Positions 27,361-37,589 of a DNA stretch of 64,000 nucleotides are shown piece after piece (the stretch's first letter is position 1; the number at the start of each line of letters is the position of its first letter). Source of the stretch: Bacilli bacterium (GTDB lineage Bacteria > Bacillota_I > Bacilli_A > ML615J-28 > CAG-313). The notes under the pieces were generated by a model. The model did not search any database and was not told the origin of the DNA. It saw only the letters and a list, made by a program, of their open reading frames with translations. Location: contig JAFQRV010000008.1 in assembly GCA_017409905.1 (NCBI GenBank), positions 6,179-70,178 of the forward strand. Direction: 5' to 3'. Position numbers and translations under genes: made by a program.

Positions 27361-29095
27361 GGTCATCACCTCCATTAGTTTGTTGTTCATATACTTCTTT
27401 ATAGATTGAAGATGTTGCAAGTAATTCTTCGTGTTTACCCATATCAACAATCTTACCATCATCAAGAATGATTATTAAGTCAGCATCCATAACAGATGCA
27501 ACACGTTGAGCAATAATAATCTTTGTAGTTTCTGGAATATACTTTTTGAATCCTTCTCTAATTAAAGCATCAGTTTTCATATCTACAGCACTTGTAGAAT
27601 CATCTAAAATTAAGATCTTTGGTTTCTTTAAAAGTGCTCTAGCAATACATAATCTTTGTTTTTGACCACCTGATACATTAGTTCCACCTTGTTCAATATA
27701 AGTATCATACTTATCTGGAAAAGTTTGAACAAACTCATCAGCTTGAGCAAGTTTACTAGCTTCAATTATTTCTTCATCAGTTGCATGAGGATTTCCCCAA
27801 CATAAGTTTTCACGTATAGTTCCACTAAATAATAAATTCTTTTGTAAAACCATCGCAACTGAATCTCTTAATACTGTTAAATCATAATCTTTAACATTTA
27901 CTCCACCAACTAATAACTCACCTTCAGTTACATCATATAGTCTTGGAATTAATTGAACTAAAGTTGTTTTACTAGAACCAGTACCACCTAATATACCAAC
28001 TGTCATACCAGATTCAATCTTTAAATTAACTTCTTCTAATGCTGCATCTTCAGCAGTTTTAGCATATTTAAAAGTAACTTTATTAAAAGTAATTGAACCA
28101 TCTTTAACTTCCATAACAGGATTTTGTGGATTTAGGATTGCTGGAGTTTCTGTTAAAACTTCACAAATACGTTTGGCAGATTCTGTAGACATTGTAATCA
28201 TTACATAAATCATTGATAACATCATTAAACTCATTAATAATTGCATTGCGTAAACTAACATTGAACTAATTTGTCCTACGTCAATTTTTGTTCCACCATA
28301 TTTTACCGCAAGCATTGAGCCAACAAATAAAATGACAACCATGTTAATATACATACATAAATTCATAAGTGGTGTATTAAATGCGACAATTCTTTCAGCT
28401 TTAGTAAAATCTTGACGAATATCTTCTGAAGCTTTAGCTAACTTTTCTTTTTCAAATTCTTCTCTTGCAAAACCTTTAACTACACGCATTCCACGAACAT
28501 TTTCTTCAATTGATTCATTTAGTTTATCGTATTTTTTAAATACTCTTCTAAATGCTGGCATTGCTTTTTTGGCAACCCATAATAAACCAATAATTAAAAT
28601 TGGAACAACGACAACAAATGATACCGCAAGCATACCTCCCATAATTGTTGACATAACAATTGAGAAGATAAACATTAAAGGTGATCTTACAGCAGTTCTA
28701 ATAATCATCATGAAAGCTTGTCTTACATAACCAACATCGACTGTAAGTCTTGTAACTAAAGATGCTGTTGAAAATTTATCAATATTTTCAAATGAAAATT
28801 CTTGAATCTTATCAAACATATCTTTTCTTAAATTCTTACCAAAACCAGTTGAAGCTTTTGCAGCAAAAACACCAGCTGCAGCCGCACAACCAAGGGATAA
28901 TACAGCCATACCAACAAGTAATAGACCAGTTAAAGCAATAGTTCTAGTTTCAGTTCCTTCTTTTATTTGATTAACTAGTAATGCTGTAATAAAAGGAATA
29001 ATTGTTTCCATTACAGCTTCTAATACCATAAAAATCATTGTAAGAATAGCAGGCTTTTTATTTTCTCTTAAACTTCTGCTAAGTATTTTTATCAT
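27350..29095 (-). CDS. ABC exporter permease/ATPase, degenerate-site subunit of a heterodimer
   Basis: TMD plus NBD. Walker A GGTGSSKTT, Walker B ILILDDSTSAVD (Asp in place of the catalytic Glu), switch IIAQRVAS (Gln in place of His), normal signature VSGGQ. Confidence 0.9.
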   Translation of the reverse strand: MIKILSRSLRENKKPAILTMIFMVLEAVMETIIPFITALLVNQIKEGTETRTIALTGLLLVGMAVLSLGCAAAAGVFAAKASTGFGKNLRKDMFDKIQEFSFENIDKFSTASLVTRLTVDVGYVRQAFMMIIRTAVRSPLMFIFSIVMSTIMGGMLAVSFVVVVPILIIGLLWVAKKAMPAFRRVFKKYDKLNESIEENVRGMRVVKGFAREEFEKEKLAKASEDIRQDFTKAERIVAFNTPLMNLCMYINMVVILFVGSMLAVKYGGTKIDVGQISSMLVYAMQLLMSLMMLSMIYVMITMSTESAKRICEVLTETPAILNPQNPVMEVKDGSITFNKVTFKYAKTAEDAALEEVNLKIESGMTVGILGGTGSSKTTLVQLIPRLYDVTEGELLVGGVNVKDYDLTVLRDSVAMVLQKNLLFSGTIRENLCWGNPHATDEEIIEASKLAQADEFVQTFPDKYDTYIEQGGTNVSGGQKQRLCIARALLKKPKILILDDSTSAVDMKTDALIREGFKKYIPETTKIIIAQRVASVMDADLIIILDDGKIVDMGKHEELLATSSIYKEVYEQQTNGGDDHDE

Positions 29096-29184
29096 ACCTA
29101 TTTTCTCCTTTCAATATTTTTTATTAAACACTTTTACTATTTTAACATTTTATCTTAAAATAATCAAGATTATTAAAATGAAAT

Positions 29185-29937
29185 TTAACTGAAATTAATA
29201 TCTAATACAACTGGAGCATGATCACTACCCATTACTTCTGGTAAAATCATTGAATCTTTAACATTATTTATTAATCTATTAGATACTAAAAAATAATCAA
29301 TTCTCCAACCAATATTCTTTTCTCTTGCATTAAAACGATAACTCCACCATGAATATTCAATCTTATTAGGATATAAATATCTGAAAGTATCAACAAAACC
29401 ACTATCTAATAATTTTGTTAATTTATTTCTTTCTTCAATTGAATAACCTGGATTTTTAGTATTACTTTCAGGATTTTTTAAATCAATTGGCATATGAGCA
29501 ACATTTAAATCGCCAGTATATATAACTGGTTTAACGTTATCTAACTTAACTAAATAATTTCTCATATCATCTTCAAAAACCATTCTATACTCTAATCTTT
29601 TTAAAGCTTCTTGAGAATTAGGAACATAACAACAAACAAAATAAAACTTATCAAATTCTAAAGTAATTACTCTTCCTTCATCATTATATTTTCCATCTAT
29701 ACCATAAATTACAGATAGAGGTCTTTCTTTTGAATAAACTAAAGTACCACTATAACCTTTCTTTTCAGCACTATTCATAAAATGATAATATCCAGCTTGT
29801 GTTACATCCATTTGTCCTTCTTGCATTTTCGTTTCTTGAATTGCGAAAATATCAGCATCTATTAAATCAAAAAAACTACAAAAACCTTTAGTATAACAAG
29901 CTCTTATTCCATTTACATTCCAACTAACTAATTTCAT
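29185..29937 (-). CDS. xth: Exodeoxyribonuclease III (AP endonuclease)
   Basis: MKLVSWNVNGIRA, FAIQETK, GDLNVAH, SDHAPV. Confidence 0.93.
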   Translation of the reverse strand: MKLVSWNVNGIRACYTKGFCSFFDLIDADIFAIQETKMQEGQMDVTQAGYYHFMNSAEKKGYSGTLVYSKERPLSVIYGIDGKYNDEGRVITLEFDKFYFVCCYVPNSQEALKRLEYRMVFEDDMRNYLVKLDNVKPVIYTGDLNVAHMPIDLKNPESNTKNPGYSIEERNKLTKLLDSGFVDTFRYLYPNKIEYSWWSYRFNAREKNIGWRIDYFLVSNRLINNVKDSMILPEVMGSDHAPVVLDINFS

Positions 29938-30000
29938 ATCTTACTCCTTATAATCACTATATTATACCATTTTATTCTAATTTATTGGTTAATTACAATA

Positions 30001-30036
30001 AAAATAAGACTAAGTTTATTTACTCAGTCTTATTAA
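30001..30036. terminator. Terminator after the S8 peptidase gene
   Basis: AATAAGACT-N14-AGTCTTATT, 9-bp stem. Confidence 0.6.
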
Positions 30037-30055
30037 TTATATAGTTTCTAAATAA

Positions 30056-32482
30056 TTATTCTGATTCTAAATCATTGTTATTATTATAAAAAACTAGTGT
30101 ACCATTTTGGTATGCCTCTATATCCTCATCTACTAAAACTATTATTCCATTTATTAAGATATAACTACCATTTATTGAATACTTTTTAACAATAGATTGG
30201 GTTCCTATAATACTTGCTATATCAGTAAATAGATTTAACATTTGATTACATTCAATGCAGTTTGCTCGATTATCTACAACTTCCGATGCTTTAACAACAT
30301 GAACTTTTGTTCTATTTCCAAGAGCTCCACATTCACATTCTTCTATATGTGCAATATTTGTATAATACCTCCAACCATTATAATTATGGATATGTGTAGG
30401 ACGTATTATGCTTATCTCAATCTCATTAGTAAATTCACTTTCTAATGAACTATATTCAATTGTAATAAAATATGATCCTTCAAGTAATAATCTGTTAAAC
30501 TCTATCTTGCAACCTTCATTACTAATTGTCTGTGAAACTTGAAATTCAAAAAAATTGTTATTATAGAATTTTACCGTAATAGGACTTTCAGCATTTATTA
30601 TAAAATTATAATCCCCATTTTCAAGAGCATTAAATTTAACATATGCTATATTTTCATAATAAATTGAACTTTCTGGATCTAAATAGATATCTCTTGTTTC
30701 ACAATCCTCATTATGTGCAATTGTTAGTGTTGGATAATTCTTTAAAACATATTCGAATGCCTTATAAGCATTTATTCTTTTAGCAGGACCTATTACATTC
30801 TCAGAAGTGTCATTCTGAATAACATAATTCAATTTAATTATAATTTCATCAGTAGATTCAAGAATAACTTCTTTTAATTGAGCAGTAGTTAAATTAGGGT
30901 TAACTGATAATAATAATGCAGCCACTCCAGCTACAACTGGTGTTGCAAAAGATGTCCCAGACCCAATTTTATACCCTGTTTGTAGAGTACCTGCATAACT
31001 ATAATTATTTAAGTTTTCAGGAAATGTGCTTGCAACATAAATGCCCGGTGCATAAATATCAACCGTATTTAAGCCATAATTAGACGTTTGTTGCTCCCAA
31101 CTAGATTTCTTATCTTCATCATCAACAGCCCCAACTATTATCATATTAGTAAGTGGATTAGCAAAATGGCTAGTACCATAATATGCCGGATAAGTACACC
31201 ACATAGCTAAATCCATATCTTTACCATAGTTACCACTGGCACAAATAAAAAGACCAGGATATTCTGAGATGGCATCATACAGACGAATTTCTGAACTTTC
31301 TTTTGCTATACTATAATTTATTATTCTTATTGGATAATTGGTATTAAAGCTTTCAGTAGCATATTCAATGGCAGCAATTACTGAATTATAATCAGTATCA
31401 TTATTTGAATCAGACACTTGCAAAGGAACTATAGATACGTTCCAATTCACACCACAAATTCCAACGTTATTATTTCCTTTAGCTCCTATAATACCAGCCA
31501 CAAATGTTCCATGACCATATGTATCATCGCTAGTAATATTATTGTTATTATAAAAATCAAAACCTTCTTCTAAATTTTGAACTAAATCTGGATGATTCGC
31601 AACACCAGTATCTATAACTCCAACTCTTATCACCGATGAACCCGTAGTATAATTCCAAACATCATCAATTTGAGTATTTTCATATAAAAACTTAAAATTT
31701 TCGTTATAATAAAAGTCATTAGGAGTTGTTAAAAAATTGTCAGATGCAAACTTTCCAATCCAATTAGGTTCTGCATATCTTATTCCAGGAATCTTTTCTA
31801 GTAATTTTATTATGCTAATAACTTCTTCTTTCGTTACATTTTTCAAAATTAAGTTCACTTTATTTCTATATGGATTTGAATTATACTGATTCGGTTCACT
31901 ACTCTTATCTACTACTTCTTCAATTCCATTAATAACAAAAAAATCTTTATCAAATGTTTTTCCTGGAGCACTTATTTCAGCAGAAAGACCCACCAAGATT
32001 TGATCTGTTTTAAATTCATCTTCCAAAGTAACATTACACAAGACTTTTTTTTCATATTTACTTAATTCATATTCATGTAATGACTTAGAAATTTTACTTA
32101 ATTCTTCTTTAGTTATTTCATTATTTTCATAAAGTTCTTCTAATGAATAGAATTTTCCATCTTTCCATGCTGAATATTCATTAGAACTACAATAAATAAA
32201 CTCAACATCATCAATATATTTAAACTCAGTATATTTTGAAAATTGTTCTTTATTGTGTTGTACAATTGAAATATAATACCCATTGTACTCCCCATAATAA
32301 TGATAAACTTCAACATCATCTAAAGTAATATCATACTTTTCTTTAGATAATTTGTGATAATAGTGAATAATTGAATCTTTTGCTTTTTCTTCACTTAATG
32401 AAGTATTAATGTCAAAATCACATGATATTAAAGAAAAGCAAAACATAAAAGTGATTAGTATAAAAAATAGCTTTTTTTTCAT
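30056..32482 (-). CDS. Subtilisin-like (S8) serine peptidase lipoprotein
   Basis: Lipobox SLISCD. Catalytic triad contexts VGVIDTGV (Asp), HGTFVAGIIG (His), GTSFATPVVAG (Ser), and oxyanion ASGNYG. ATG 32482 is preceded by AAGGAG. Confidence 0.9.
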   Translation of the reverse strand: MKKKLFFILITFMFCFSLISCDFDINTSLSEEKAKDSIIHYYHKLSKEKYDITLDDVEVYHYYGEYNGYYISIVQHNKEQFSKYTEFKYIDDVEFIYCSSNEYSAWKDGKFYSLEELYENNEITKEELSKISKSLHEYELSKYEKKVLCNVTLEDEFKTDQILVGLSAEISAPGKTFDKDFFVINGIEEVVDKSSEPNQYNSNPYRNKVNLILKNVTKEEVISIIKLLEKIPGIRYAEPNWIGKFASDNFLTTPNDFYYNENFKFLYENTQIDDVWNYTTGSSVIRVGVIDTGVANHPDLVQNLEEGFDFYNNNNITSDDTYGHGTFVAGIIGAKGNNNVGICGVNWNVSIVPLQVSDSNNDTDYNSVIAAIEYATESFNTNYPIRIINYSIAKESSEIRLYDAISEYPGLFICASGNYGKDMDLAMWCTYPAYYGTSHFANPLTNMIIVGAVDDEDKKSSWEQQTSNYGLNTVDIYAPGIYVASTFPENLNNYSYAGTLQTGYKIGSGTSFATPVVAGVAALLLSVNPNLTTAQLKEVILESTDEIIIKLNYVIQNDTSENVIGPAKRINAYKAFEYVLKNYPTLTIAHNEDCETRDIYLDPESSIYYENIAYVKFNALENGDYNFIINAESPITVKFYNNNFFEFQVSQTISNEGCKIEFNRLLLEGSYFITIEYSSLESEFTNEIEISIIRPTHIHNYNGWRYYTNIAHIEECECGALGNRTKVHVVKASEVVDNRANCIECNQMLNLFTDIASIIGTQSIVKKYSINGSYILINGIIVLVDEDIEAYQNGTLVFYNNNNDLESE

Positions 32483-32563
32483 ATTTTCTCCTTCCATTAA
32501 TCAATTTCCCTTATATTCAATTATATTATATCATTTGTTTTTTTATAATGTCAATATTCTCTT

Positions 32564-32603
32564 AAAAAAAGGTTTACTTCTAATTAGAAGTAAACCTTTA
32601 ATT
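32564..32603. terminator. Terminator after the FAD-oxidoreductase gene
   Basis: Perfect 32-nt palindrome AAAGGTTTACTTCTAA/TTAGAAGTAAACCTTT (32568-32599), preceded by A7. Confidence 0.85.
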
Positions 32604-34024
32604 TATTTATTTTCTTTTTCAATGATTGCTCTTGCAATTTTAACACCATTTGCGCCAGCTTGTGCAAGACCTCTAGTAATACCAGCACCATCTCCACCAA
32701 CATATAGATTAGTAATCTTTGTTTCAAAATTACTATTTACTTTTGGACGATCGCTATAGAACTTAGCTTCTACACCATAGAATAATGTATGATCGCTCGC
32801 AATACCAGGAGTAATATAATTTAGCGCTTCCATCATTTCAATTAATGACTTCATAATATTGTATGGTAATGCTAAACCAAGATCACCAGGAATTGCTTCT
32901 TTTAAAGTTGGTTTTACGAAACCTTCATTAATACGTTTTCGTGTCGATCTTCTACCTTTTAAGATATCTCCGTATTTTTGAACAATTACACCACCATTAG
33001 ATAATCTATTAGCTAATTTTGAGATTTCTTCTGCATATCTATTAGGGTCATTAAATGGATCTTCAAATTCATTAGAAACTAATAATGCGAAATTTGTATT
33101 TTTGCTTCCTAATTTTTCATCACTAAATGAGTGACCATTACATACCATAACACCATTATGGTTTTCAACTACAACGTGACCTGATGGATTAGAACAGAAT
33201 GTTCTTACAGTTGTACCTACACTTGTATTGAAAATGAATTTACCTTCATATAAATTACGATTAATTTCATCCATAATAATATTATTAGTTTCAACACGTA
33301 CACCTACGTCAACTTTATTATTTGTAAATTCAACACCATGCATAGATAAAGTACTGCTTAACCATTTAGAACCACTTCTACCAACACCAAGTTGTAAATA
33401 TCTTGTTTTAACTTCTTCACCATTTGATAATACAATTCCAACTACTTTACCATCTTCTACAATAATATCTGATACATCAGTTGCGAAAGCATAATCAATA
33501 TGTGGTTTCATTTCTTCAAAAATATTTTCTAATACTTTTAAATTAATTTCAGTCCCTAAATGTCTTACTTCACTACGTAATAGTTTTAAACCTACTGCTG
33601 CAGCTCTTTTTTCAATATCAAAAACTTCTTGTGTATGTGGATCAGTAATTTCTTTTGGAGCACCATGATTTAAATTAATTTGGTCAACATATTTAATTAA
33701 TTCAATTACTTCTTCTTCTGGTAGATAATCTGTCATCCATCCACCAAATTCAGATGTAATATTAAACTTACCATCAGAGTAAGCACCACATCCACCAAAG
33801 CCTGAAGTCATTGAGCAAGCTGGAAAACATCCGGCATTCCCTTTTTTATTTTTTGGACATTTATCAATCTTCTTTAAAAGAATTGGACATTTACGATTAT
33901 AAATATCTGGTCCTTTATCAATTAATAATACTTTTAAGTTTGGAGCTTTTAACATTAATTCATAAGCAGCAAATATCCCAGTTGGTCCTGCTCCTACTAA
34001 AATTACATCATATTGTTTTTCCAT
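32603..34024 (-). CDS. NAD(P)/FAD-dependent oxidoreductase (COG2509-like)
   Basis: N-terminal Rossmann motif YDVILVGAGPTGIFAAYEL and C-terminal YVGGDGAGITRGLAQA. Confidence 0.8.
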   Translation of the reverse strand: MEKQYDVILVGAGPTGIFAAYELMLKAPNLKVLLIDKGPDIYNRKCPILLKKIDKCPKNKKGNAGCFPACSMTSGFGGCGAYSDGKFNITSEFGGWMTDYLPEEEVIELIKYVDQINLNHGAPKEITDPHTQEVFDIEKRAAAVGLKLLRSEVRHLGTEINLKVLENIFEEMKPHIDYAFATDVSDIIVEDGKVVGIVLSNGEEVKTRYLQLGVGRSGSKWLSSTLSMHGVEFTNNKVDVGVRVETNNIIMDEINRNLYEGKFIFNTSVGTTVRTFCSNPSGHVVVENHNGVMVCNGHSFSDEKLGSKNTNFALLVSNEFEDPFNDPNRYAEEISKLANRLSNGGVIVQKYGDILKGRRSTRKRINEGFVKPTLKEAIPGDLGLALPYNIMKSLIEMMEALNYITPGIASDHTLFYGVEAKFYSDRPKVNSNFETKITNLYVGGDGAGITRGLAQAGANGVKIARAIIEKENK

Positions 34025-34033
34025 AATTTTCTC

Positions 34034-36673
34034 CTATTTTAAATCCCATGTTGTACCACTTTCAACTTCCACAAAAAGTTTTACTTTTAAAGATACAGCA
34101 TTTTCCATTTCTTCTTTTAATATTTTTTCAACAATTGCTTGTTCTTCTTTAATAACATCAATGATTAACTCATCATGTACTTGTGCTATCATTTTACTAC
34201 TTAATTGTTCTTTTTGCAATCTATTATATACATTTATCATCGCAATCTTAATTACATCAGCAGCCGTTCCTTGAATTGGAGCGTTCATACTTGTTCTTTC
34301 TCCAAACATTTTTAAAGCATGATTGCTTGATGATAACTCAGGTATATATCTTCTTCTTCCAAATAAAGTCTTAGTATAGCCATTATTTGTAGCATCTTTT
34401 ACTAGCTTATCTAAGAATGTTTTAATCTCTGGATAAATCGCAAAATACTTTTCAATAAAGATTGCGGCATCAATTGGTAATATATGTAATGTTTCAGATA
34501 ATCCCCAATCACTCATGCCATAAACAATTCCAAAGTTAACTGCTTTTGCAACCCTACGCATTTCTTTAGTAACTTCTTCATATTTGACATTATGAATTTT
34601 TGAAGCTGTAGAAGTATGTAAATCTAAACCATGATTAAAGTCATTAATCATTTCTTCACAATTAGACATTTCCGCAAGTATTCTTAGTTCTATTTGTGAA
34701 TAATCAGCAGTAACTAAAATTCCATCATTATGACTTGGCACAAATGCACTTCTAATAATTTTACCTTCTTCTGTACGAATTGGAATATTTTGAATATTTG
34801 GTTCAGTACTTGATAGTCTTCCAGTAGAAGTTAAAGTTTGTTTGAAAATTGTATGAACTTTACTATCATTATGAATTACAGCTTTTAAACCACTTACATA
34901 AGTTGAATAAAGTTTAGCATATTTACGATATTCTAAAACTAAAGGAATTACTGGGTGTTCATTTCTTAAGTTTTCTAAGATTTCGGCACTAGTTGAATAT
35001 CCTGTTTTATTCTTTTTTGCTTTTCCAACTTTTAATTCTTCAAATAATATTACGCCTAATTGTTTAGGTGAGGCAATATTAAATTCTTTACCAACAAGTT
35101 CATACACTTCTTTTTCAATCGTTTTAATCTTTTCATTAAAAATTTCTCCAATTGATTCAAGACGATTTAAATCAATTTTAAATCCTGTATATTCCATATC
35201 ACCTAAGATACTAGCAAGAGGTAATTCAATATCTTTAAATAACTTTATTAATTCTAATTCTTCTAATTGTTTTAAAATAACACTCTTTAATTCTTTAACA
35301 CAGACACATTTATCGATACTATAATTTGCATAAACTTCAAAATCCGGAACTACATAAACACTTTTTTTACCATATACTTCTTCAGTATATTTTAAATTTA
35401 CGCTACCAAAATGTTCTAATATACTTTTTAAGTCACCATTAATATAATTAGTATTTACTAAATAAATACCAACCATTGTATCAAATACAACATTTCTTAA
35501 AGTAATTCCTAAATATTTCAATGCAACATAAGCTTTTTTTGAATCTAATGTATTTTTAGCATATTCAATACTTTCAAAATATTTATTTAAATCACTATTT
35601 AGGAAAACACCTTTGTCAATAAAGAAACCTTTATCATCAACAACAAAACTAATTCCTAAAACATTCGCATTATGATAGTTTTCACCATCTAATTCAACAT
35701 CAAAATAAAACTCATCAGTTTGATCTAATAAACTTGTTAATAATTCAACATCATTATAATACTTCTTAATATCTTTTTTTTCTTCTACTTTTGTTTCAAA
35801 AGTCATCTTCTTAATAAAAGAAGTAAATTCAACTCTTTCATAAAAACTTCTTAAAAGTTCATTATTAACTTCTTTTACTAAACAGTCATCTAATGAAAAA
35901 TCAAAATTAATATCTTGATAAATTGTAGCTAAAAATTTTGTTTGTCTACAAACTTCCTCACCACTTATAAATGCTTCTTTTACTTTTGGAGTTAAATTAT
36001 CAAGATTTTGATAGATTCCATCAATGTCATGATATTTTGTAAGTAAACTAACAGCAGTTTTTGGTCCAATTCCTTTAACTCCTTCTAAATTATCAGAATT
36101 ATCTCCAATCATTGCTTTATAATCAATCATTTGATTAGCATCAAAACCCATTTTTTCTTTAAAATTGAAAACTGTATATTCATCTAAATCCGTAATCCCT
36201 TTTTTTGTTAACATTACGGTAATATTATTATTTACAAGTTGAAGTAAGTCTTTATCACCTGATAAACAAACTACTTCAAAATCATTGTTACTTGCAAGAC
36301 GTGCCATAGAACCAACGATATCATCGGCTTCATAATCATCTAATTCTAATCTTTTAATACCTAAAACATCTAAATATTCTTTAATTAAAGGTATCTGCAT
36401 TGCAAGTTCTTCAGGCATATGTTTTCTAGTACCTTTATATGTAGACAAGGCAAGATGTCTAAATGTCGCTTTTCCTTTATCAAAGGCTACTAACATATAA
36501 GTACAATCAAACGTATCTTTGATTTTATTTAACATATTAACAAATCCATATAAAGCATTAGTATATATTCCACTACTTGACTGCATTAAATTTCCAGTAT
36601 AAGCAGTAGCGTAATATGCTCTAAACATTAAACTATTACCATCTAATAATACGATACTTTTTTTCATAGCCAT
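34034..36673 (-). CDS. polA: DNA polymerase I
   Basis: 5' nuclease LLDGNSLMFRAYYA. Pol motifs DYSQIELR, RRVAKAVNFGIVYG, QVHDEL. The start is ambiguous (GTG 36682, ATG 36673 or ATG 36667). Confidence 0.95.
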   Translation of the reverse strand: MAMKKSIVLLDGNSLMFRAYYATAYTGNLMQSSSGIYTNALYGFVNMLNKIKDTFDCTYMLVAFDKGKATFRHLALSTYKGTRKHMPEELAMQIPLIKEYLDVLGIKRLELDDYEADDIVGSMARLASNNDFEVVCLSGDKDLLQLVNNNITVMLTKKGITDLDEYTVFNFKEKMGFDANQMIDYKAMIGDNSDNLEGVKGIGPKTAVSLLTKYHDIDGIYQNLDNLTPKVKEAFISGEEVCRQTKFLATIYQDINFDFSLDDCLVKEVNNELLRSFYERVEFTSFIKKMTFETKVEEKKDIKKYYNDVELLTSLLDQTDEFYFDVELDGENYHNANVLGISFVVDDKGFFIDKGVFLNSDLNKYFESIEYAKNTLDSKKAYVALKYLGITLRNVVFDTMVGIYLVNTNYINGDLKSILEHFGSVNLKYTEEVYGKKSVYVVPDFEVYANYSIDKCVCVKELKSVILKQLEELELIKLFKDIELPLASILGDMEYTGFKIDLNRLESIGEIFNEKIKTIEKEVYELVGKEFNIASPKQLGVILFEELKVGKAKKNKTGYSTSAEILENLRNEHPVIPLVLEYRKYAKLYSTYVSGLKAVIHNDSKVHTIFKQTLTSTGRLSSTEPNIQNIPIRTEEGKIIRSAFVPSHNDGILVTADYSQIELRILAEMSNCEEMINDFNHGLDLHTSTASKIHNVKYEEVTKEMRRVAKAVNFGIVYGMSDWGLSETLHILPIDAAIFIEKYFAIYPEIKTFLDKLVKDATNNGYTKTLFGRRRYIPELSSSNHALKMFGERTSMNAPIQGTAADVIKIAMINVYNRLQKEQLSSKMIAQVHDELIIDVIKEEQAIVEKILKEEMENAVSLKVKLFVEVESGTTWDLK

Positions 36674-36741
36674 TTTCCTCACTTTCTTATTTTACCACAA
36701 ATTGTCTTTTTTGAAAACTTATTTAATATTTTATTATTTTT

Positions 36742-36759
36742 ATCCTGTATATCCTGTAT
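36742..36759. repeat. Perfect tandem 9-mer (ATCCTGTAT x2) in the polA / M15B-peptidase divergent spacer
   Basis: Read directly from the sequence: tATCCTGTATATCCTGTATa. Confidence 0.9.
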
Positions 36760-36799
36760 ATTTAATAAAAAATAAACAAATAATAAATAAGAGGTTTAT

Positions 36800-37564
36800 A
36801 TGAAAAAAATCTTAATTATTATTTTCTTATTCTTATTATCTTCATGTAGAAGTGACTTTATAACATTTAAAAAAAATATTAGTAGTTATAAAAGTTATAA
36901 TCCAAATCATTTAAAGGATTACTATGAACTATACAAAACTAATAATTCTTATATTTTAACCTTAAATCTTATTAATCATCCTACATTTTACACTACTAGT
37001 TATAATCAAATATATTATAATGATATTCTTTTAGTTAATAAACTTCATGGATTAACAAAAGACTTTATACCTAAAAACTTAGTAGAAGTAAAAAATATCA
37101 ATTTTGTGAAAAGAACGAATGAAATAATGATGTTAGATAAAGTTGCTTTAACAAATTTAGAATTACTCTTTATGGACGCGAAAAGTCAAAATATTGATCT
37201 CTTACTTTATTCAGCGTATCGTTCTTATGATAAACAATTATCACTTTGGAAGACAACTCCAACTTTTGATAATTTATATAAAGCAGTCCCTGGTTATTCT
37301 GAACACCAAACAGGACTTGCGGTTGATATAAGCACAATTGACGAAGGATTAACAAGTACTAAAACAAAAGCTTATGAATATTTAGAAAAGAATGCATATA
37401 AATATGGTTTTATCTTAAGATATCCTAAAGATAAAACAGATATTACAGGTTATGCCTATGAACCATGGCATTTTCGTTATGTTGGAAGTATTAGTACTTT
37501 TATTTATGAAAACAATTTAACTTTAGAAGAATATATTTATAATTATATAGAAATAAAACAATAA
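36800..37564 (+). CDS. VanY-type D-alanyl-D-alanine carboxypeptidase (peptidase M15B) lipoprotein
   Basis: Lipobox LLSSCRS. Zn/catalytic motifs SAYRSY, PGYSEHQTGLAVDI, EPWHFRYVG. Confidence 0.88.
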   Translation: MKKILIIIFLFLLSSCRSDFITFKKNISSYKSYNPNHLKDYYELYKTNNSYILTLNLINHPTFYTTSYNQIYYNDILLVNKLHGLTKDFIPKNLVEVKNINFVKRTNEIMMLDKVALTNLELLFMDAKSQNIDLLLYSAYRSYDKQLSLWKTTPTFDNLYKAVPGYSEHQTGLAVDISTIDEGLTSTKTKAYEYLEKNAYKYGFILRYPKDKTDITGYAYEPWHFRYVGSISTFIYENNLTLEEYIYNYIEIKQ

Positions 37565-37589
37565 AAGGTGAACAATTTGTTCACCTTTT
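37563..37589. terminator. Bidirectional terminator between convergent M15B and ECF-S genes
   Basis: AAAAGGTGAACAA-T-TTGTTCACCTTTT. Confidence 0.85.

Noticed and set aside
27361-27465. N-terminal extensions in the ORF track. Examples are 27361-27465, 39794-39865, 2930-2977, 11135-11179, 2859-2909, 40780-40800, 32483-32497 and 20923-20943.
   Set aside because: In each case a downstream ATG has a proper Shine-Dalgarno sequence at 5-9 nt. The extension either overlaps the upstream gene, starts at TTG or GTG without an RBS, or lies upstream of the predicted transcription start.
34034-36673. Whether the PolA 3'-5' exonuclease domain is active (a D-V-E Exo I-like triad in FDVELDGENYH).
   Set aside because: The Exo II and Exo III motifs could not be aligned confidently by eye (NYSID instead of Y-x3-D), so no claim is made either way.
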